Counted from the first letter of the stretch, positions 33,036 to 42,491 are shown. The stretch: DNA of 54,629 nt from a candidate division FCPU426 bacterium (GCA_027451505.1 DAIDJD010000013.1:1-54629); one strand, 5' to 3'. Notes: generated from the letters alone by a model not told the origin. Program-made: numbers and translations.

Positions 33036-34340
33036 TTAGGCCCGGGCCGCAGCTTCGACTCCCTGCCAGATCGCGTCCTCCATGGCCGAATATTCCCAAC
33101 GCCCCCAGCGCCCCACGCTGAGAATGCCCTGGGATTTCAACCAAGCCTGGATCAGCCCCACGCTCGGCCCGCGGTCGGCGTCGTAGACGACGTAGGCATC
33201 GCGGATGTCGGCCACCCATTGGGCCGCGATCCGGTCCCCCGGCCGCAGCAATCCCATGCTCCGCAGGCCCCGAACCACCCTCCCGGGTGCCGCGGCCTTG
33301 TCGATGGGCCGGCCCGGGCCGTAGCTGATTTCGGCGTAGAGGCTGGAGCCGCCCCGGGGAGCCAGGGCCCGGCTGAAATTGTGGTAGAAGCCCACCCGGT
33401 AGAACGGCAAGCCGGGGTCGGGCACGTAGATCCACTGCTTCGAGCAGATGTCCCGGTTGGACACCCCCAGGTTCACGTTCAGCACGCTCGAGGCGCGCAG
33501 CCGGGCGGCCGCCCTGCGCACCGAGGCCGGGGCGCCCCGGACCATCGCCACCAGCCGCGGGAGCGGCATGGTGGAGACTAGGCGGCCGTAGCCGACCGTC
33601 CCGCCGTCGGCGAAATGGACGCGCCGCCGGGACGGGTCCACCCGGACCGCTTCGGTCCGGGTGCGCGTCTCCACGCGGTCGGCGAAGGCCCGCGCGAGCA
33701 CCTCGATGCCCGTGTGCCGGGGATAGAGAAAGTCCGCGTTGTAGCCAGTGGGCCGGGGCAGGTCGAACAAGGCCCCCTCGAAGATCTCCGAAAGCCCGGG
33801 GCGGGGCACGAAGCGCCCCATGAATTCGGTGGTCATGGCCGACGGGTGCACGCCCCAGAGCTTGGCGTTGTAGGGCTCCATGAAGCGGCGGTAGATGCCC
33901 TCGCCGAAGTGCTCCAGGTTGAACGCCTCGAAGCTTCCTTTGGGCCCCTCCGCGCGGGGCCCGGGAAGCGCCCGATGGGCGCGCAACGCGCCTTCCAGGC
34001 ACTCGCGGACCACGTCCGGTGGGAGCCCGTGGAGCCGGGACTGGAACGGGGCGCGGGTGGTGCGTCCGTGGGAATAGACCCACGCGTCCCTGCGGACCGG
34101 GACGAAATCGCGCCGCAGCCCCAGTTCGTCGAGGACCAGGGCCCGCGTCTCGGGCCTGCTCAGGTGCAAAAGATGGCCGGTGTAGTCGAAGCAGAATCCC
34201 CCGACCCGCTCGCTGCGCACCAGGCCGCCAGGACGGGATTCCTTCTCGAAGAGCAGGCAGGCCGTTCCGGCCTTGCGGGCGTGGTAGGCCGCGGACAGGC
34301 CGGCCAGTCCGGCGCCGAGCACGACCAAGGGACCGCGCAC
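33036..34340 (-). CDS. FAD-dependent oxidoreductase (amine-oxidase/protoporphyrinogen-oxidase/UDP-galactopyranose-mutase-like fold)
   Basis: GTG at 34340. VVLGAGLAGLSAAYHARKAG…EKESRPGGL dinucleotide-binding motif; 434 aa. The substrate cannot be inferred by eye. Confidence 0.75.
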   Translation of the reverse strand: MRGPLVVLGAGLAGLSAAYHARKAGTACLLFEKESRPGGLVRSERVGGFCFDYTGHLLHLSRPETRALVLDELGLRRDFVPVRRDAWVYSHGRTTRAPFQSRLHGLPPDVVRECLEGALRAHRALPGPRAEGPKGSFEAFNLEHFGEGIYRRFMEPYNAKLWGVHPSAMTTEFMGRFVPRPGLSEIFEGALFDLPRPTGYNADFLYPRHTGIEVLARAFADRVETRTRTEAVRVDPSRRRVHFADGGTVGYGRLVSTMPLPRLVAMVRGAPASVRRAAARLRASSVLNVNLGVSNRDICSKQWIYVPDPGLPFYRVGFYHNFSRALAPRGGSSLYAEISYGPGRPIDKAAAPGRVVRGLRSMGLLRPGDRIAAQWVADIRDAYVVYDADRGPSVGLIQAWLKSQGILSVGRWGRWEYSAMEDAIWQGVEAAARA

Positions 34341-34346
34341 AGGCGC

Positions 34347-35273
34347 CTAGGGCTTCGCCGGGCCGGGCGCCGGCGCAGGCTGGTCGGCGGGGGCCGGGGC
34401 CTCCTCCGCGTCCTGCATGCCCGGGGACAAAAGCCTGAGGCGCATGCCCACGATGGTGCCGGGGAAGTGCGCCACCCGGCTCTGCCTCAGCTCCCCGCCT
34501 CGAAGGGCCACCGAGGCGTCCCCGGAGAGGCACACCAGCTCCCCTCCCGTCTTGCTGGCGGTCGCCAACAGGGTGTTGAGCAGGCCCGGGCGCAGGGTGC
34601 CGTCGGGATTGCGCACCTTCAGCATCAGCGCCGCCACGATGGCGTCCGCGTCCCCCCGGATCGACTCGCGCACCCCCGGGAGCCGGGACAGGCTGGCGCG
34701 CACGCCCTGGCCGTAGTCGGCCACGGCCAACTCGACGACCCCGTTCTTCGGGAAGGCCTGGCCGCAGAGCATGGCCCCGCTGTGTCCCTTGGCGTGGCGG
34801 AAGACGTTGTCGCCCAGGCCGAGGAAGATCTGCATCACCCGTTCGAAGTCCGCCCGCGTGGCCGGGAGAACCCCGCGCAGCAGGTTCACCAGGCGCGGGA
34901 TGGCGCCCTCCAGTTCCTCGGGGCGCGCCACCAACCAGAGCTCCTGGGGGCGCTCGGCCATCTTCTCGCCGGTGAAGACGTTGACGCTGCCCTCCTGAAG
35001 CAGCCGGTACAGCCCCATGCGCATGAGGTCGTTGCTGACGCGGCCGTTCTCGGGGCGTCGGATGACGCTTCCCGAGGCCAGCCGCTGCCGGGACACGAGG
35101 TGGGCCAGGCAGGCACCCAAGCCGGCCACGCCGAACGCCGAAAGCTTCTGCGTGTCGGTCAGGTCCACCGTGAGGCTTTCCCCCTGCGGGACCGAGAGCA
35201 TGCGGGACAGGGCCTCGCTGACGAACCCTGGGTGCTCCATCGCCAACACCGACGGGAAATGGATCTCCTTCAT
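34347..35273 (-). CDS. GHKL-type (HATPase_c-like) ATP-binding protein with an uncharacterised N-terminal domain
   Basis: The ATG at 35273 (GGAG upstream) overlaps the upstream TGA (ATGA). N-box-like LGDNVFRHA, G1-like VADYGQGV; 308 aa with a Pro/Ala-rich tail. No His phospho-acceptor domain seen. Confidence 0.55.
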   Translation of the reverse strand: MKEIHFPSVLAMEHPGFVSEALSRMLSVPQGESLTVDLTDTQKLSAFGVAGLGACLAHLVSRQRLASGSVIRRPENGRVSNDLMRMGLYRLLQEGSVNVFTGEKMAERPQELWLVARPEELEGAIPRLVNLLRGVLPATRADFERVMQIFLGLGDNVFRHAKGHSGAMLCGQAFPKNGVVELAVADYGQGVRASLSRLPGVRESIRGDADAIVAALMLKVRNPDGTLRPGLLNTLLATASKTGGELVCLSGDASVALRGGELRQSRVAHFPGTIVGMRLRLLSPGMQDAEEAPAPADQPAPAPGPAKP

Positions 35274-36358
35274 AGGCTCCTCTTGGGTGCGCCCCGGACC
35301 GCGGCGGGCGGGGCGGCGTCGTGGGGCATGGGAATCCCCATGAGCCCGACGGCCGCCGCCAGGGCCGCCAGGCAAAGCAGGGACCACACCAGTGCGGCGG
35401 GTCCGGGGTCCAGGAACGAGGCCCCATAGACCAGCAGGCCGACGGACAGGGTGAGCGCCGACGACGCGACTGCCACGACCGGCACCGAAAGGCCCAGGGC
35501 CCGCAGCCTCAGGGCGGTGTGGTCCGGGCTCCCCTTCCAGGGGGGCAGCCCCCGCCGCGTCCGGATCACGATCATCAGCGCCAGGTCGAACAGCGGCAGG
35601 AACAGGATGGCCAGGGGGGACAGCACCGCCAGCACGTTCTGGTGGGAATAGCGCAGGTTCAGGCTGAGCGCGGCCAGGGTGAATCCGAGGAAGTGCGAAC
35701 CGGCGTCCCCCATGTAGATGCGCGCGGGCCTCCAGTTGTGCGGCAGGAACCCGAGGCAGGCCCCGGCCAGCGCCGCGGACGCCAGGGCGTCGTCGGCGCG
35801 CCCGGCGTGGAGCGCGAAGGCGAGCAGGGCCAGGGCCGCGGACAGGCAGACGCTGGCCGCCAGCCCGTCGAGGATGTCCACGAAATTGAGGGCATTGGTC
35901 ACCGTGACCACCCACAGCACCGTGAGCACGATGCTGAGCCAGCTCTGGTGCACGAAACGCACGCGCAATCCGCAGGCCGCCAGCACCAGGGCCCCCAGGA
36001 CCTGGCCCGCGAGCTTGGCCCCGGGCGTCAGGGCCCGCCGGTCGTCGAGCAGACCCAGCACCAGGGCCAGGCAGCCGCCCAGGCCTATGGCGTAGACGCC
36101 GCGGCCCCGCTCCAGGCCCAGGGGCCAGGGGGCGAAGCCCCGGCTTCGCGCGACCGTGAACTTCAACGCCAGCACCGCCGCCCCGAAGGCCGCGGCGATG
36201 GCCACCCCGCCGAGATAGGCCACCGGCTCGCGCTGCACCTTCAGCGGCGTGTTGGGGCGGTCCAGGAAGCCGGTGCGCCAAGCCACCCGGATGGCCACCG
36301 GGGTGAGGAGACCCGACAGCAGGGCCGCGGCGGCGAAGGCGGTCAGAGGGATGGGCAT
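35270..36358 (-). CDS. MraY/WecA-family polyprenyl-phosphate sugar-1-phosphate transferase
   Basis: ATG at 36358; 362 aa, multi-TM. Motifs LLDDRRAL, VTNALNFVDILDGLA and PARIYMGDAGSHFLGF. Confidence 0.85.
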   Translation of the reverse strand: MPIPLTAFAAAALLSGLLTPVAIRVAWRTGFLDRPNTPLKVQREPVAYLGGVAIAAAFGAAVLALKFTVARSRGFAPWPLGLERGRGVYAIGLGGCLALVLGLLDDRRALTPGAKLAGQVLGALVLAACGLRVRFVHQSWLSIVLTVLWVVTVTNALNFVDILDGLAASVCLSAALALLAFALHAGRADDALASAALAGACLGFLPHNWRPARIYMGDAGSHFLGFTLAALSLNLRYSHQNVLAVLSPLAILFLPLFDLALMIVIRTRRGLPPWKGSPDHTALRLRALGLSVPVVAVASSALTLSVGLLVYGASFLDPGPAALVWSLLCLAALAAAVGLMGIPMPHDAAPPAAVRGAPKRSL

Positions 36359-36393
36359 GCGGGGATCGCGGGCCTCCAGGTCGGCGTCGCGGC

Positions 36394-38406
36394 TCAGCGG
36401 ATGCGCGCCACGAAGGCGCCGCCGAGGTCGAGGCGTTGCGTCCGCGGCAGCGCGCGGAGCGCCGCGACCCACGCCATAAAGCGGGCCTCGGCTTGGGCGT
36501 CGCCGACGGGCCAGTAGGGTTGCTCGGATCCGGTTCGCAACTGGCCCATCCAGGGTCCGAAGTTGAAATACACGAAATCATACCCCTTCGCCCGCACCCT
36601 GGCATCCACCTCCTGGGGCGAGCGCGCCCGTCCCACCCACTCGGCGAGGGGATGCCGGTCGTAGACGCTGGCCGCCAGGCAATCCGGGGGCAGGTACGCC
36701 GTGCGTTCGTCCCCCAGGACCAGGACCCCGGCCCCTTCGGGTTTCTGCGCCAGGATCCAGGCCCCGACGGCGGCCTGGGGCACCCCCATGCGCCCGAGGT
36801 AAGCCTCCGGCGCCTCCAAGCCCAGGGCCACGGGCAGGGGATCGAAATCCTTCACCGCGATGGCCAAGGTCTGGGCCGCGGTGAACAGCAGGCCGGCCAC
36901 CACGAGCCCCTGCCAAAGGCGCGCCCATCCGCGGGAGGCGGCCCTGGTTTCGGCTTCCGAAACCCCATGCGCCGCCAAAAGCGCGGCCGCGGGAACCAGG
37001 CAGACGCCGTAACGCAGGACATGGGGACCGAGAAGCCAGCCCAGGCATCCCAGCCCAAGGTAGGCCAGGATCCAACGCAAGGGTCGGTCCAGCCGCCCCG
37101 TGAGGCAGGCCGGCGCCAGGGCCAACAGGAGCACCCCCAAGATGCCGTCCGCGCCGAGGCTGCCCGCGTCGAAAAACGCGGCCCAGGGGAGGCGCACCCA
37201 AGCCCACAACCCGCGCCCGCCGAAGCCGCCCACGTGCCGGAAGTAGGAGGCCGGCCCCCCGTCGAAGAACGTCAGCCCGAACAGGCGCAGGGGGAACGGA
37301 TAAAAGGGCTGCCCCTTGAGCGCCAGGCCCTGGGCCATCCAGGGGACCAAGGGCACCAGGAAAAGGCCGACCGCCGTGAACAGCAGGCCGGGACGGCGCC
37401 AGGACCGTTCCCGCCAGGCCAAGGTCCCCAGCAGCGCCAGCAACGCGGCGGCGTGGATGAGCGCCACGGGCTTGCACGCCACCGCGGCGCCGGCCAGCAG
37501 GGCGCTGAGCAGGATCCAGGAGTCCTGGGTCCGGCGGACCGGGTCCACCAACCCCAGCAGGAAGGCGTCCAGGGAGGCGAAGGCGAAGAACACGGACCAG
37601 GCGTCGGGGGAGAAGACCCCGAAGCTGAGGGCGAGGAGGGGCTGGGTCAGGGCCAGAGCCGGCGCCATCCAGATGCGTCGTTCCTGGAAGAGCCGCGCCG
37701 AGGCATCCACGAGCAGCAGGCCCAAGGCCCCATAAAGGGCCAGGTCCAGCAGCCCGGCGGCCTGGGCCGAGACCCTGGGGGAGCCGTCCACGGCGAGGGC
37801 CCAGGCCCACACCGGCGTGGGCAGGGAGGGCAGCCAGGTGAAAAGGACATGGTCCTGGGGCCTCAGCCAACCGGAAGCGGCCGCGTGCTGGGCCTGGGCC
37901 AGGTGGTAGACCAGCGCATCGAAGAATTTCGGGGGGGCCAGGCACATCGCCGCCACCGGAAGCGCGGCCAGGGCCAGGGCCAGGACGGTGGCCACCTCGA
38001 GGCTCGAGCCGGACCACGGGCGCTTGGAGCGCAGGCTGCGGCGCAGCGTCTCGCCCAGGGACTCGGCGTGGCCCCAGCACACCAGGCAGATGACGCCCAA
38101 CAGGGCCCGGCACAGCCACGGATAGAGGGCCCCGGCCGCGCCGATGGCCGAACCCAGCAGCGACAGCGCCAACAAACCCAGCGCCAGGCTGAGGACTGCC
38201 TCCTCCACGAGGGAACCGTGGAACAGCCGGAACCGGCGCAGGGCCAGGCGCCCCAGAAGCAGGGCCGTGAGCAGCACGCCCCCGGCGGAGGCGGCGGCGC
38301 CCGCCAACGCCGCGGCGCCGCCCAAGGGTACGGGATAGCGCCAAGCCTCCACGGCCAGGAGGCCCGCCAACCAGGCCAGCAGGATCAGGAATTTGAGCCG
38401 CCGCAT
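36394..38406 (-). CDS. Large polytopic membrane protein, GT-C-like, with a C-terminal soluble domain
   Basis: 670 aa; at least 12 predicted hydrophobic segments. Early-loop motif PPKFFDALVYHL. The C-terminal ~130 aa are soluble. The family assignment is tentative. Confidence 0.6.
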   Translation of the reverse strand: MRRLKFLILLAWLAGLLAVEAWRYPVPLGGAAALAGAAASAGGVLLTALLLGRLALRRFRLFHGSLVEEAVLSLALGLLALSLLGSAIGAAGALYPWLCRALLGVICLVCWGHAESLGETLRRSLRSKRPWSGSSLEVATVLALALAALPVAAMCLAPPKFFDALVYHLAQAQHAAASGWLRPQDHVLFTWLPSLPTPVWAWALAVDGSPRVSAQAAGLLDLALYGALGLLLVDASARLFQERRIWMAPALALTQPLLALSFGVFSPDAWSVFFAFASLDAFLLGLVDPVRRTQDSWILLSALLAGAAVACKPVALIHAAALLALLGTLAWRERSWRRPGLLFTAVGLFLVPLVPWMAQGLALKGQPFYPFPLRLFGLTFFDGGPASYFRHVGGFGGRGLWAWVRLPWAAFFDAGSLGADGILGVLLLALAPACLTGRLDRPLRWILAYLGLGCLGWLLGPHVLRYGVCLVPAAALLAAHGVSEAETRAASRGWARLWQGLVVAGLLFTAAQTLAIAVKDFDPLPVALGLEAPEAYLGRMGVPQAAVGAWILAQKPEGAGVLVLGDERTAYLPPDCLAASVYDRHPLAEWVGRARSPQEVDARVRAKGYDFVYFNFGPWMGQLRTGSEQPYWPVGDAQAEARFMAWVAALRALPRTQRLDLGGAFVARIR

Positions 38407-38418
38407 CGGGCCCCCGTT

Positions 38419-39633
38419 CTAGCCGCCGGCCCGGGCCGCGCGGACGTTGAGGACTTTGAGCCGGCGCCATTGGCCCGCCGACCAAGCCCACCATGCGAGA
38501 TTGGCCGCGGCCCACGCGAACATGAGGCCCGGGATCGGCCTGGGTGGGGCCCAGGCCGCGGAACCGGCCAGCACACCGGGCAGGACCAGCGCGTAGAAGC
38601 CGGCGGCCAGCGCCAGGGCCGGGACGCTCAACCGCAGGCACAGGCCCGGCGACCAAGCCAGGGCCAGGGCCGGCGCCCACAGCAGGTATTGCGGGGAAAG
38701 CCCGGGCGCCAGGAGCGCCAGGGTCAGCCCCGCCCAGGGGAGCGCCGCCGCCAGGCGCAGGTCGCGGGGGTGGGACACGGCCCAGGCGAAAGCCGCCGCG
38801 ATCAGCGCCAACGCCGCGTCCCGGTAGCCCGCGTCGGCGGCGCGCCACAAAGCCGGGTCCACCCTCAAGGCGAAGCAGGCGGCCCGCAGGGCCCCGGAGG
38901 GACCCAGGGCGTTGGCCCCGGTGTAGGCTAGGCGCTCCCACACCGGACGAAACCCGTCCGCGGCGATCCAGGGCAAAGGCAGCACCGCGGGCAGCGCCAG
39001 GGTCTTGGCTGCGAACCGCAGGCGGTCCCGCGGGGCCGGAAAGACGCCCATGAAGGCGGGCAGCAGGAGCGCGGGCCAAGTCTTGAGGGCCACCGCCAGG
39101 CCCAGGCACAGCGCCGCCCTCGACTCGCCGCGAGGATGGGGCGAATACTCCAGGAGCCAGGCCGCGGCCAGGACCAGGGCCAGGACCAGGGAGTCGAATT
39201 GCCCGTGGCCGGCGCCCACGATCCAGGCCAGGGGGTTGAGGACCCACACGGCGCCGGCGGCGAGCCCGGCGCGCCGGGGGTCGCCCATCGGCGTGGGGCC
39301 GGGAAGGCCCGCCCGGCGCGCCGCGAACAGATAGGCCAGGCAGGCCACGGCCGAATCCCCGGCCACCGCGGGAAGGCGGAACCAGACGCCCGGATCGCCC
39401 CCCCACCGGGAGGCCAGCCGGCCCAGGAGACGCACCAGGGCCCACCACGCCGGGAGGTAGGGATAGCGGCCCGCCAGGGCGGGCGAGACGTAGAGCCCGG
39501 CGGCGGGACAGGCCGCCACGCGGGCGTAGCTTTCCAGGTCGAACGGCGCGCCCCGGCTCAGGACCAACAACGGAAGGCGGACGCAGGCCGAGGCCAGGGC
39601 CAGCAGCGCGAGGTCGCGCGCCTTGGGACTCAC
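38419..39633 (-). CDS. Polytopic membrane glycosyltransferase-like protein (DUF2029/GT87-like)
   Basis: The GTG at 39633 overlaps the upstream TGA (GTGA). 404 aa, multi-TM, with an early acidic loop motif GAPFDLESYARV. Tentative. Confidence 0.6.
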   Translation of the reverse strand: MSPKARDLALLALASACVRLPLLVLSRGAPFDLESYARVAACPAAGLYVSPALAGRYPYLPAWWALVRLLGRLASRWGGDPGVWFRLPAVAGDSAVACLAYLFAARRAGLPGPTPMGDPRRAGLAAGAVWVLNPLAWIVGAGHGQFDSLVLALVLAAAWLLEYSPHPRGESRAALCLGLAVALKTWPALLLPAFMGVFPAPRDRLRFAAKTLALPAVLPLPWIAADGFRPVWERLAYTGANALGPSGALRAACFALRVDPALWRAADAGYRDAALALIAAAFAWAVSHPRDLRLAAALPWAGLTLALLAPGLSPQYLLWAPALALAWSPGLCLRLSVPALALAAGFYALVLPGVLAGSAAWAPPRPIPGLMFAWAAANLAWWAWSAGQWRRLKVLNVRAARAGG

Positions 39634-41141
39634 CTGCGTCGCGCCCCCAACAGGAACCCGGGCACCCCGGGGTCGGGGACGTACTGGGCCTCAAGCCCGT
39701 CCAAAAGGGCCTTTTGGAGCGGGACCTCACCCTTCAAGGGAAGGGTCAGCGCCGCCGCGCCCGTGGAGGGCGCCAGAAGCGAACCCAGCAGTTCCTCCTC
39801 CCCGCCGGGCCAGGGGGGCGCCTCGCCGGTGAAGGGATAGACGAACAGGAACCGATTGGCCGGCCGGCGCCGGGCGAGGTAATAGAGTTCCGCGTCGTCG
39901 CCCCAGAGGAACAGCGCCTTGTCCGCGGGGCACAGCCTCCGGATCCGGGCCGCGGCCTCCGGGGCGTTGGCGAAGCTGGTCACCCCGTAAAGCCGCAGGG
40001 TCCGTTGGGCGGCGCCGGGGCGCAGCCACAGGCCCGCGTCGCAATGCACATACCCGAGCACGGCCCAGGCCAACAGGCCCACCCGCAGGAACCTCGGGAA
40101 GCGCCGTGGGCTCCATCCCGGAAGCCCTTCGAGCAGACCGGCCAAGCCCAGACCGGCAAGCACGGCGACCGGAGGGGCCAGGGTGAGGGCGTAGTGCGGG
40201 TAAAAACGGCCCGAGGCGGCCAGGGAAACCAGTCCGACGCCCAGCCAGGCGGCCCAGGGTCCGCGCGGCGCGCCCGCGCGCCCGAGCGCGCGCCAGCCCA
40301 ACCAGGCCAGGGCGGCGAAAGCGCCCCACTCCGGGAGCAGCCAGCGGGCCAGCCCGAGGGCCCGGGGCAGGGCCCCGGAGATCCCCTGGAGCACGTACCC
40401 TCGGTCATAGACCAGCACGCAATCCAGGAAATCGGAGCCCGCCCCCCAGCGCTGGAGCAGGGCCCAGGCCGCGACCCAGGGCAGCAGGGCGCCCGCGGCG
40501 ATCCAAGCCGCGGCCCGGCCCCGGCCCCGGGGGCCCATGGCCCAAGGCAACAGGGCCACGCCGCAAAGGACGGGCTGCTTGAACAGCGAGGCGGCGCCCA
40601 GGCAGGCCCCCGCGCCCAGCAGCCGCACAGCCCCGGGGTCCGCATCCCCCGCGAAGGCCAGGGCGAAGGCCCCGGTCAGGGGCAGGGCCTGCCAGGATTC
40701 CGTGTTGGCGGCCAGGCCCTGGGCCCGGGCGCAGGAGAACAGCGCGCCCGCGGCCAAGGCCCCGAAACCGGCCGCGGCGGCGCGCGCACGCGGGTCCCGC
40801 GCCATCCGCTCCCCCAGGCGACCGCGCTCCCCCAGGCGCTCGACCAGCAGGAACAAGGCCACCGCGGCGGCCGCGGTCCAGCCCGCGGAAAGGATCCTCA
40901 GGCCGTGGACCCCGTCCCGGAACAGCGCCTGGGCCAGGGCGTACATGGCCGTGGCCAGCGGCGGTTTCTGCTCCAGGAAGTCCCGGTAGGGCACCCCCAG
41001 GCCCCTGCGCCAAAGCCACGCCAAGGTGGCGTATTCGCCCTCGTCGCGGTCCAGCAGCAGGTTCAACGACGGCAGGCGCAGGGCCAGCGCGAAGGCCGCC
41101 GCGGCCGCGGCCCAGACGAAACGCCGCAGGCGCGGGGTCAC
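39630..41141 (-). CDS. GT-C glycosyltransferase, ArnT/PMT (GT39/GT83)-like
   Basis: The GTG at 41141 overlaps the upstream TGA (GTGA). 503 aa, multi-TM. The first-loop motif LLDRDEGEYATLAW resembles the DE-x-x-Y motif of this superfamily. Confidence 0.72.
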   Translation of the reverse strand: MTPRLRRFVWAAAAAAFALALRLPSLNLLLDRDEGEYATLAWLWRRGLGVPYRDFLEQKPPLATAMYALAQALFRDGVHGLRILSAGWTAAAAVALFLLVERLGERGRLGERMARDPRARAAAAGFGALAAGALFSCARAQGLAANTESWQALPLTGAFALAFAGDADPGAVRLLGAGACLGAASLFKQPVLCGVALLPWAMGPRGRGRAAAWIAAGALLPWVAAWALLQRWGAGSDFLDCVLVYDRGYVLQGISGALPRALGLARWLLPEWGAFAALAWLGWRALGRAGAPRGPWAAWLGVGLVSLAASGRFYPHYALTLAPPVAVLAGLGLAGLLEGLPGWSPRRFPRFLRVGLLAWAVLGYVHCDAGLWLRPGAAQRTLRLYGVTSFANAPEAAARIRRLCPADKALFLWGDDAELYYLARRRPANRFLFVYPFTGEAPPWPGGEEELLGSLLAPSTGAAALTLPLKGEVPLQKALLDGLEAQYVPDPGVPGFLLGARRR

Positions 41142-42061
41142 GGCGCGCTTCCCCGCGGCTCCTGGCCCGGCCCGGGAAGCCCGGGCGCGTCCGGAAGGTA
41201 GGGGGCCGGGACCTCAATGCCCCGGGCCCGCCGCCCCAGATCCTCGCGGGTCTCCTCCGCGTCCCTGCGGCGCGCGGCTTGGAAATAACGGGCCAAGTCG
41301 CGGCGCGCGTCGTCCGGGCGGCCGAGGGCCGCGTCGGCCTTGCTCATCCCCCACCAGGCCTCGGGCCGCCAGGCCGGCAAGGCCAGGCAGCGGCGGTAGT
41401 CCCGCCGGGCGTCGCGGACCCGCCCCGAGTCCAGGAGCAGTTCGCCCCTGCGCAACAGGACTTCCCCGTTGTCCGGGTCGGCGGCGAGCGAACGCCCGTA
41501 ACAGATGAGCGCCCGGTCGTTCCTGCCGGCCAGCTCCCAGATCTGGCCGAGGTTCTCCCAGGCTCCGGCGTAATGCGGGTCCAGGCGCACGGCCTCACCG
41601 TAGCAGCGCCCGGCAAGTTCCAGCCGGCGGGCGTCCTCCTCCAGCATGCCCAAAAGGTTCCAGGCCCCGGCGTAGCGCGGCATCAGGCGCTCCCCCCGGC
41701 GGGCCGCCCACAGCGCCAGCGGGCGGTCGCCGCCTTGGCGTTCGTCCAGGGCGAGGGCGCAGTACGCCGGACCCAGACTGGGGTCGTGGCCCACCGCCAG
41801 GCGCTGGGCGTCCGCGGCGGCGCGGTAGTCCCCCAGCGCCGCCCGCGCCAGCCCCAGCCAATACCACGCCAGGGCCGAGGAGGGGGACCGCCGGGTGAGC
41901 GCCTCGAAGCGCTCCTGGGCAAGCTCCAGGCGTCCCGCGGCGAACAGGCGGGCTCCCTCCTCGCGCAGGGACCCGGCGGCGGGGCCGCGCCCCGCGCCGG
42001 GGGCGGCGGGAAGGGCGGCGCTGCCCAGCGCGGCCCATGCCAGCAACGCCCCGCGGATCAT
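41138..42061 (-). CDS. Secreted TPR-repeat protein
   Basis: 307 aa; ATG at 42061. Signal-like ALLAWAALGSAALPAAPG. Multiple TPR-like units (AWYWLGLARAALGDYRAA…, AGAWNLLGML…, AGAWENLGQIWE…). Confidence 0.75.
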   Translation of the reverse strand: MIRGALLAWAALGSAALPAAPGAGRGPAAGSLREEGARLFAAGRLELAQERFEALTRRSPSSALAWYWLGLARAALGDYRAAADAQRLAVGHDPSLGPAYCALALDERQGGDRPLALWAARRGERLMPRYAGAWNLLGMLEEDARRLELAGRCYGEAVRLDPHYAGAWENLGQIWELAGRNDRALICYGRSLAADPDNGEVLLRRGELLLDSGRVRDARRDYRRCLALPAWRPEAWWGMSKADAALGRPDDARRDLARYFQAARRRDAEETREDLGRRARGIEVPAPYLPDAPGLPGPGQEPRGSAP

Positions 42062-42405
42062 CAGCTTTTTTTGGATTGGGTCTGGTAGGCCTGCGCGGCC
42101 AGGCGTCCGAGCAGGGGCAGGTTGGGGTCTTCCTTGTCCAGGCCGGCCGCCTTGACGTAGCGCTCCTGGAGGTCCTTCAAAAGCGTGTCCAGGACGCGCT
42201 CCTCCTGGGGGCTGCGGCGGCCCTCGGTCTTGCGCTTGAGCCCGCTGAGCAGGTTGATGAACTGGCGGGCCCGGGGAAGGTTGACCGTGCCGTCGGGCTT
42301 GCCGGCCTTGCGTTCGCCCAATTCAGCGGCCGCCGTCGAGGCCACCAGGGTCACCAAGTTGATGAACTCGAGGTCTTCCGGTTCCTCGGGGACGGTCTCG
42401 GGCAT
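42061..42405 (-). CDS. DUF1844-family protein
   Basis: ATG at 42405 with GAGGG upstream; 114 aa. The pattern FINLVTLVASTAAAELG…ARQFINLLSGLKRKTEGRRSPQEERVLDTLLKDLQERY fits my memory of DUF1844. Confidence 0.65.
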   Translation of the reverse strand: MPETVPEEPEDLEFINLVTLVASTAAAELGERKAGKPDGTVNLPRARQFINLLSGLKRKTEGRRSPQEERVLDTLLKDLQERYVKAAGLDKEDPNLPLLGRLAAQAYQTQSKKS

Positions 42406-42491
42406 GGCACCCTCAGGGCTTCGGTTCCCGGCGCCCGGGACGCACCCGGACCGGCGGGGCCATGCTACCACAGCGACGCGGCCCCCAAAAG

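Noticed and set aside
36578-39730. A 1050-aa minus-strand ORF spanning the GT-C-like genes in another frame. The same applies to 32317-35427 (1036 aa), 24114-26777 (+, 887 aa), 50679-53942 (+, 1087 aa), 36436-38931 (+) and 28694-30070 (+).
   Set aside because: All are R/P/G-rich low-complexity translations. All overlap frames that encode recognisable membrane, enzyme or Kdp proteins. None has a plausible RBS or start context.
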